DNA from: Octopus vulgaris
Lineage: Eukaryota
DNA length: 64,000 nucleotides
Assembly (NCBI GenBank): GCA_951406725.2
Contig: OX597829.1
Coordinates: 1,240,001 to 1,304,000 of the forward strand
Reading direction: 5' to 3'
Shown here: piece after piece, positions 57,421-64,000 of the stretch
How positions within the stretch are numbered: position 1 is the first letter of the stretch
How the letters are laid out: every line of letters begins with the position of its first letter
The notes under the pieces: model-generated
The model's input: the letters and a program-made list of their open reading frames with translations, nothing else
What the model was told of the DNA's origin: nothing
Databases searched by the model: none
Made by a program: the position numbers and the translations under genes

Positions 57421-57650
57421 TTCCTTATTGCCCACAAGGAGCTAAACATAGAGGGGACAAACAAGGACAGACTAAGGGATTAAGTGGATTACATCGACCC
57501 CCAGTGCGTAACTGGTTGTTAATTTATCGACCCCGAAAGGATGAAAGGCAAAGTCGACCTCGGCGGAATTTGAACTCAGAACGTAATGGCAGACGAAATG
57601 CCGCTAAGCATTTCGCCCGGCGCGCTAACGTTTCTGCCAGCTCGCCGCCT
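57419..57650 (-). mobile_element. Family C SINE within a (CA)n tract
   Basis: Reverse complement of the 44009-44236 type. Confidence 0.9.
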
Positions 57651-57651
57651 T

Positions 57652-57694
<43 letters not shown>

Positions 57695-58527
57695 CCTTTA
57701 TCAATTTCCCAGTTATAAATCTAGTAAACTGGAACACAAGAGTCCATAGTTCAGTAGTTACTATACAAAATAGATTAAATAAATGCATAAAATCAAGAAT
57801 AATCATTGTGAATGTTTGGAAAGCTAGTTCTTGTGGACAATCCTGCTATTATTTTCATTAATAATGATACATACTTAGAAAGTGAGATAGGTAATAAAAC
57901 ACAAACGGACTTTGTTTATTGAACTGAACGATATTTTAACAGCTCATCTGTCTTCTTCAGGTTCAAAACTAGTCAAGAATAAGGAAAAAAAAAAAAAATT
58001 CACAAAAATCCAAACATCTAAAATTTTGACTGGATTATCTTGCGTTCATTCCAGGAGAAAATGGCTTCAAGTATTGCTTGGTTGTAACATATTAAAACAA
58101 CGAAGAAGGAAAGAAGAAAAATAGGAAGAGAACTCTTAGTCATTTTGTTTTTTAAATCTGCTGGAACTCTTCTGTCATTTTGATCATCTTCTCCTGGGCG
58201 TGAGTTACTGGTTGTCTAGGGAACTCTTGCAGTTTTAGTGCTTGAGACAGTAATGCTGTTTCCCAAGTTGCAGCAACAACCATTGATGCGGTTTTTAAGG
58301 AGCTATTTGGGGTGTATGAAATCCAAATGTGAACTGAGTAAATATACTTAAATATTTTTCGGTGCGACAGACAAAATCTCAAGATGACACACATTGGCAT
58401 GAAGAAATATAAGAGAGATGGATAGAATGTAAGAGAGATGGATAGAAACAAGGGAAAAATCAAAACGAATAAAATGGTTATGACTAAGAAGTGATAAAAA
58501 TACAGCAAATAGATTGTTAGTCTTTTT

Positions 58528-58968
58528 GGATCTTTTCGGTTTGAACGGCAGTTTTTAACATAATTTCTAGATAACTAAACACTTTTAAACTTCGTATACT
58601 GGTAGAATGTGTTTATAAAACATCTTTTTCTCTTGGCTTTATTGAGAGAATTCTATAGTTTGTAAGATATTTGCTGTTTTTTCTTCAATTTCTGCAATTT
58701 CAACCTATCAATGACGTCTATTGAGGTGAAAACATTCTGTGCCGTATGAATATGTCCCTCGTTTAAGAAACAGATTGGGTTTATTTACATTTGTGAAGAA
58801 AAAAGAAACCATTCCCGCCACCCCTAACCCTAACCCTAACTAACCCTAACTCTAACCATAACCCTAAAACAGATTGAAATGCAATAGATCCATACTAGGG
58901 TAATAATTATGGGTGACAATTTCATATGACACCGCTAGAAAAAACTGCCGTCCAAACCGAAAAGATCC
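58528..58968. mobile_element. Merlin-like MITE with internal (CCCTAA)n
   Basis: 29-bp TIRs GGATCTTTTCGGTTTG(A/G)ACGGCAGTTTTT. 8-bp flanks GTCTTTTT / GTGTTTTT. GG termini with an 8-bp TSD fit Merlin/IS1016. Confidence 0.75.
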
Positions 58969-59246
58969 GTGTTTTTTTCTTGTAAAGGAATAGGGAACAA
59001 AACAAAATGACGGGAGTGGAAAAATAAAATATGAAATAATTTTCGACGACAGCATTGAACCGTCGACGAAGACCATTAGGAAAGAGGTCGAGAAAGCGAC
59101 TGCCAAGAATGAATGGCAAAGCCAAGAGGTAAAGCAGATTCTGAAAACGAAAGTTATCGTAGTCGTCATCGCCGTCGACTTCGTTGTGGTCATCGAGGTC
59201 GTTGTAGTAGTCCTAGTGGTCATCTTCGCCATCGACGTTGCAGTGA

Positions 59247-59426
<180 letters not shown>

Positions 59427-59460
59427 TAAATGACAGCCAAACATACCGCAAATCATTGAG

Positions 59461-59629
59461 TAGGAGTGGCTGTGTGGTGAGTAGCTTGTTTACCAGCCAC
59501 ATGGTTCCGGGTTCAGTCCCACTGCGTGGCACCTTGGGCAAGTGACTTCTACTATATAGCCTCCGGTCGACCAAAGTTTTGTGAGTGGATTTGGTAGACG
59601 GAAACTGAAAGAAGCCCGTCGTATGTATG

Positions 59630-59694
<65 letters not shown>

Positions 59695-59937
59695 ACATAC
59701 ATATATATATATGTAAGTGTGTGTGTGTTTGTATGTCTGTGTTTGTCGCCCCAACATCGCTTGATAAGTGATGCTGGTGTGCTAACGTCCCCGTAACTTA
59801 ACGGTTCAGCAAAAGGGAACGATGGCATAAATACTAGGCTTACAAAGAATAAGTCCTGGGGTCGATTTGCTCAACTAAAAGGATATGTTCCAGCATGGCC
59901 ACAGTCAAATGACTGAAACAAGTGAAAAAGTAAAATA
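59461..59937 (+). mobile_element. Family A SINE, full length
   Basis: Matches family A head and tail. Confidence 0.9.
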
Positions 59938-60299
59938 GTACTGTTTGAGGAGTAAATACATTACACACCGTAGTTCCTTATTTACTCTTCCGAATATCAT
60001 AGTGATGCTCAAGGCTGGAACGCTTTTTGACTATAAGTTAATCAAGCAACATCAACAACCTCATTTCTCTGGCCACTACCACAATAACCAGCATCATTAT
60101 CATTAGTATCATTGATCCAACACAAAACTCTTTACCAACTAATATTTCGGTAACAATTCACATTGTGCGTCGCAAACAGCCATTTTAGCAAGAAACGTAA
60201 TCCATTTTGTTTTTGTATTTGTTGCCGTTTCTTCCTATTAAAGTACTTTATAATACGCATATTCATACGCATACATACACACAAAGTAACTCTAGTATT

Positions 60300-60397
60300 T
60301 TATATATATATACATATACAAACACACACATACATATATACACACACACACACACATATATATATACATACATACATACACATAAATACGCACGTAC

Positions 60398-60453
<56 letters not shown>

Positions 60454-60638
60454 GTATGCATTGTGTGATATGTATATATATGTATATATGTATATGTATG
60501 CATGTATGATATATATAAACGCATATACGCATATACATATATGTGATGCATACATGTACACTATGTATTTTGAGTATGTATTTATGGTCATGCGTGTGTA
60601 TGTGTTTGTGTATTAATGCGTATGCATGCATGTGTCTG

Positions 60639-60698
<60 letters not shown>

Positions 60699-60795
60699 CA
60701 TACATACATACACATACATACATAGCATATATATGCATATACACAATATGAATATACATATATATGTGAATAAAATGTTCATACCTATATGTATA

Positions 60796-60829
<34 letters not shown>

Positions 60830-60850
60830 GCATATATATGTATATATATG

Positions 60851-60934
<84 letters not shown>

Positions 60935-61000
60935 TATGTATATATGTATATGCATATATTATATGTATATTCGTATACGTATATGGACATACATTATACA
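60300..61000. repeat. (TA)/(CA)/(TG) microsatellite-rich tract
   Basis: Read directly from the sequence. Confidence 0.9.
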
Positions 61001-61299
61001 TGCGTTGACAAATCTTAATTGATACATCTCTCATACATCCTGTTGGGGCTCCATGCTGTCCCTTGGACTCCCTTGGCACTGACTAACCATGAGAATCACT
61101 GGAGCAAATTATTTCTTCCATATGTCGCAGCGAGTTAAAGAACTCTGACACCGTATTAGTCCTTAATTCCTGTCCGTTTACCATGTATCGTTTGTGAAAT
61201 TGAGACGAAGACTAACAGAAATTGAACAAATAAATAAAAAATGAAATAAAAATTAATAAAAACAAAAAGGAAAGGAGCGTATTAGATATTTAACAAAAA

Positions 61300-61398
61300 A
61301 ACTACTACGCCTACTACTATTACAACAACAACAACAATAACAAATAATACTAATAATGTAAAATAATGATAATAATAATAGTAATAATATTAAGGGGA

Positions 61399-61446
<48 letters not shown>

Positions 61447-61754
61447 TATGATAATAATAATAATAATAGTAAAAATAATATCATCATCATCATCCTTGTC
61501 ACCATTGTCATCATCATCGTTTTCTTCAACATCATCATCATCATCATCATCATTGTGGTAGCAGTAATTAAAATAATCATAGTAATTATATATAGATATA
61601 AGTAGCAATAGTAGTAATAATAATTAATGCAATTAAAAAGTAGCGATGATAACATCGTCATAAACAACGAGAGTAACGATGATGATGATGATGATGATGA
61701 TGATAATGATGATGATGATGATGATGACGATGATGATGATGATGGTGATGGTGA

Positions 61755-61785
<31 letters not shown>

Positions 61786-61900
61786 GTTGATGATGATGAC
61801 GATGACGATGATGTTGATGGTGGTGGTGGTGGTGGCTGTGCTGGCGGTGTCGGTGGCGGCGGTGGTGACAACGGTAATAACAACAACAACAACAACAACA
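61300..61900. repeat. (AAT)n/(ATC)n/(GAT)n/(GGT)n/(AAC)n compound repeat
   Basis: Read directly from the sequence. Confidence 0.92.
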
Positions 61901-62408
61901 AGCGATATGTTTAAACCCCGACGGAAATAACTTGTCCAAAATCAATTCTAAGAATGTCTACCTACCAAGACGTAACCGCGCTCTTTTCAAGAAAAATATT
62001 TTCTCTCTCCACCCCCACTCCTTCTCTCCCTCTTTCTCTCTCTCTCTCATTTTCTTCTTTTCTTCCTTTTCTTCAATTCCTATTGCTGTGTGTTTTTATC
62101 TTCATCTCTTCTCGCGAACAATGACATTGGTAACACTAATACCATGAAATAAAGAATTCCCTATACAACAGACTTGGAGTATTGTTCCGTTACAGTTTGG
62201 TCTTTATTCTCAACCAAGATAATTACTAACTCCTACATACACACGCACATACAATTTTTTTTACAATACCTATCCATAGTTTTCTGGTTTTATTTTTATT
62301 TTGCATATTAGTACTATTTTACGTGCTTGGTTTTTTTTTTTATAAATCTGATAATATATTTTCATCTGCTTATAGCTATTTATATCTAAATAAGCCTCCC
62401 TCTTCCCA

Positions 62409-62454
<46 letters not shown>

Positions 62455-62536
62455 AACATATTTGTATGTGTGTCAGTCTTTATGTATATATATATATATA
62501 TGCAAATGTAATATGTGACAATTATTCGGTAGCCAA

Positions 62537-62597
62537 GATAAAACTCTGAGTTTCGGATGCCGAGGTGGAAATCCACACCACCATCTCTTCAGTAATC
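62537..62597 (-). ncRNA. Type I hammerhead motif (family 1) in element ~62507-62630
   Basis: Nearly identical to 7834-7894; stem I has one mismatch (GATTA/TTATC). Confidence 0.65.
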
Positions 62598-62961
62598 CGG
62601 CCATCGGAAAAACGCTATGAAAAACGGTTTTTATATATGCATTTATATTTATATATATATATATATATGTATATGTATATATTTATACGCTTGTATGTAT
62701 GACTGTGTGTTACTCTGTGTGTTTAAAAATCTAAACATGTCATGCTATTTTCACGATAATGCATATATATATATATATAGCAAAGTGCATTCATTTATAT
62801 AAACTTCACTCAGTTTTTCACGTGATCTGCCCTTTCAGGCTCTGCGCAAATGACAGCCTGAAGGTAAAGTTCTCATGAATCTCCGAGTGGCTTCTAGGTG
62901 GATCATTGGCATCACACACACAAACACACACTCTCTCTCTCTCTCACACACACACAAACAG

Positions 62962-63324
62962 CTACATGGTTCCGGGTTCAGTCCCACTGCGTGGCACCTT
63001 GGGAAAGTGTCTTCTACTAGAGCCTCGGGCCGACCAAAACCTTGTGAGTGGATTTGGTAGACGGAAACTGAAAGAAGCCCGTCGTATATATGTATATATA
63101 TATATATGTGTGTATATGTTTGTGCTTCTGTGTTTGTCCCCTCCCAACATCGCTTGACAACTGACGCTGGTGTGTTTATGTCCCCGTTACTTAGCGGTCC
63201 GGCAAAAGAGACCGATAGAATAAGTACTGGGCTTACAAAAGAATAAGTCCCGGAGTCGAGTTACTCGATTAAAGGCGGTGCTCCAACATGGCCGCAGTCA
63301 TATGACTGAAACAAGTAAAAGAAA
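62962..63324 (+). mobile_element. Family A SINE, slightly 5'-truncated
   Basis: Matches the other family A copies. Confidence 0.88.
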
Positions 63325-63384
63325 TATATATATATATATTTATGTAATAATATATACGAAGAGAAAGGGAAGACGGGGAGAGAA

Positions 63385-64000
63385 CGAGGGGGAGAGAAGG
63401 TAAGAAAGAGGGGAGATAAAAGAGAAGGGGAGAGAGAAGGTAAGAAAGAGGGGAGATAAAAGAGAAGGGGAGAGAGAAGTTGAAAAGGGAGAGATAAAAG
63501 AGAAGGGGAGAGAGAAGTTGAAAAGGGAGAGATAAAAGAGAAGGGGAGAGAGAAGTTGAAAAGGGAGAGATAAAAGAGAAGGGGAGAGAGAAGGTAAGAA
63601 AGAGGGGAGATAAAAGAGAAGGGGAGAGAGAAGTTGAAAAGGGAGAGATAAAAGAGAAGGGAGAGAGAAGTTAAAAAGGGAGAGATAAAAGAGAAGGGGA
63701 GAGAGAAGGTAAGAAAGAGGAGAGATAAAAGAGAAGGGGAGAGAGAAGGTAAGAAAGAGGGGAGATAAAAGAGAAGGGGAGAGAGAAGTTGAAAAGGGAG
63801 AGATAAAAGAGAAGGGGAGAGAAGGTAAGAAAGAGGGGAGATAAAAGAGAAGGGGAGAGAGAAGTTGAAAAGGGAGAGATAAAAGAGAAGGGGAGAGAGA
63901 AGGTAAGAAAGAGGGGAGATAAAAGAGAAGGGGAGAGAGAAGTTGAAAAGGGAGAGATAAAAGAGAAGGGGAGAGAGAAGTTGAAAAGGGAGAGATAAAA
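63385..64000. repeat. Purine-rich minisatellite with interspersed 38-bp and 40-bp unit variants; runs off the window end
   Basis: AGAGAAGGGGAGAGAGAAGTTGAAAAGGGAGAGATAAA (38 bp) and AGAGAAGGGGAGAGAGAAGGTAAGAAAGAGGGGAGATAAA (40 bp). Confidence 0.95.

Noticed and set aside
58152-58508. 118-aa minus-strand ORF, possibly continuous with 58864-59757 once the MITE is removed
   Set aside because: Removing the MITE and one TSD gives an immediate in-frame TAA; non-ATG start and no recognisable domain.
58822-58867. Telomere or chromosome-fusion site
   Set aside because: Short, degenerate and enclosed within MITE TIRs.

Overview
AT-rich, repeat-saturated eukaryotic DNA. The tRNA-derived SINE families and microsatellite style suggest an octopus (cephalopod) genome; this is inferred from recognition, not from a search. 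No host protein-coding gene can be called with confidence, and nearly all long ORFs in the track are translated microsatellites. The window is a mosaic of decayed mobile elements: an R4/Dong-like LINE (1-1812), two non-autonomous Helitron copies (one nested in a mariner/maT-type transposon), a Tc1 with both TIRs, a mariner fragment, Merlin-like and hAT-like MITEs, CR1 and RTE fragments, a Penelope GIY-YIG fragment, more than 20 SINE copies from about three families, a possible solo LTR, and very long microsatellites. The most notable signal is about ten type I hammerhead ribozyme motifs (CTGANGA...GAAAC...GTH closed by stem I) from about four sequence families. They sit in short, often fold-back, Penelope-like inserts, most of them at microsatellites. 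Other points of interest are a retro-element 3' end that appears to target (TCTA)n arrays, a Merlin-like MITE containing (CCCTAA)n, a 9-bp minisatellite reading (Thr-Ala-Ala)n, and two weak candidate exons. All coordinates were read by eye.
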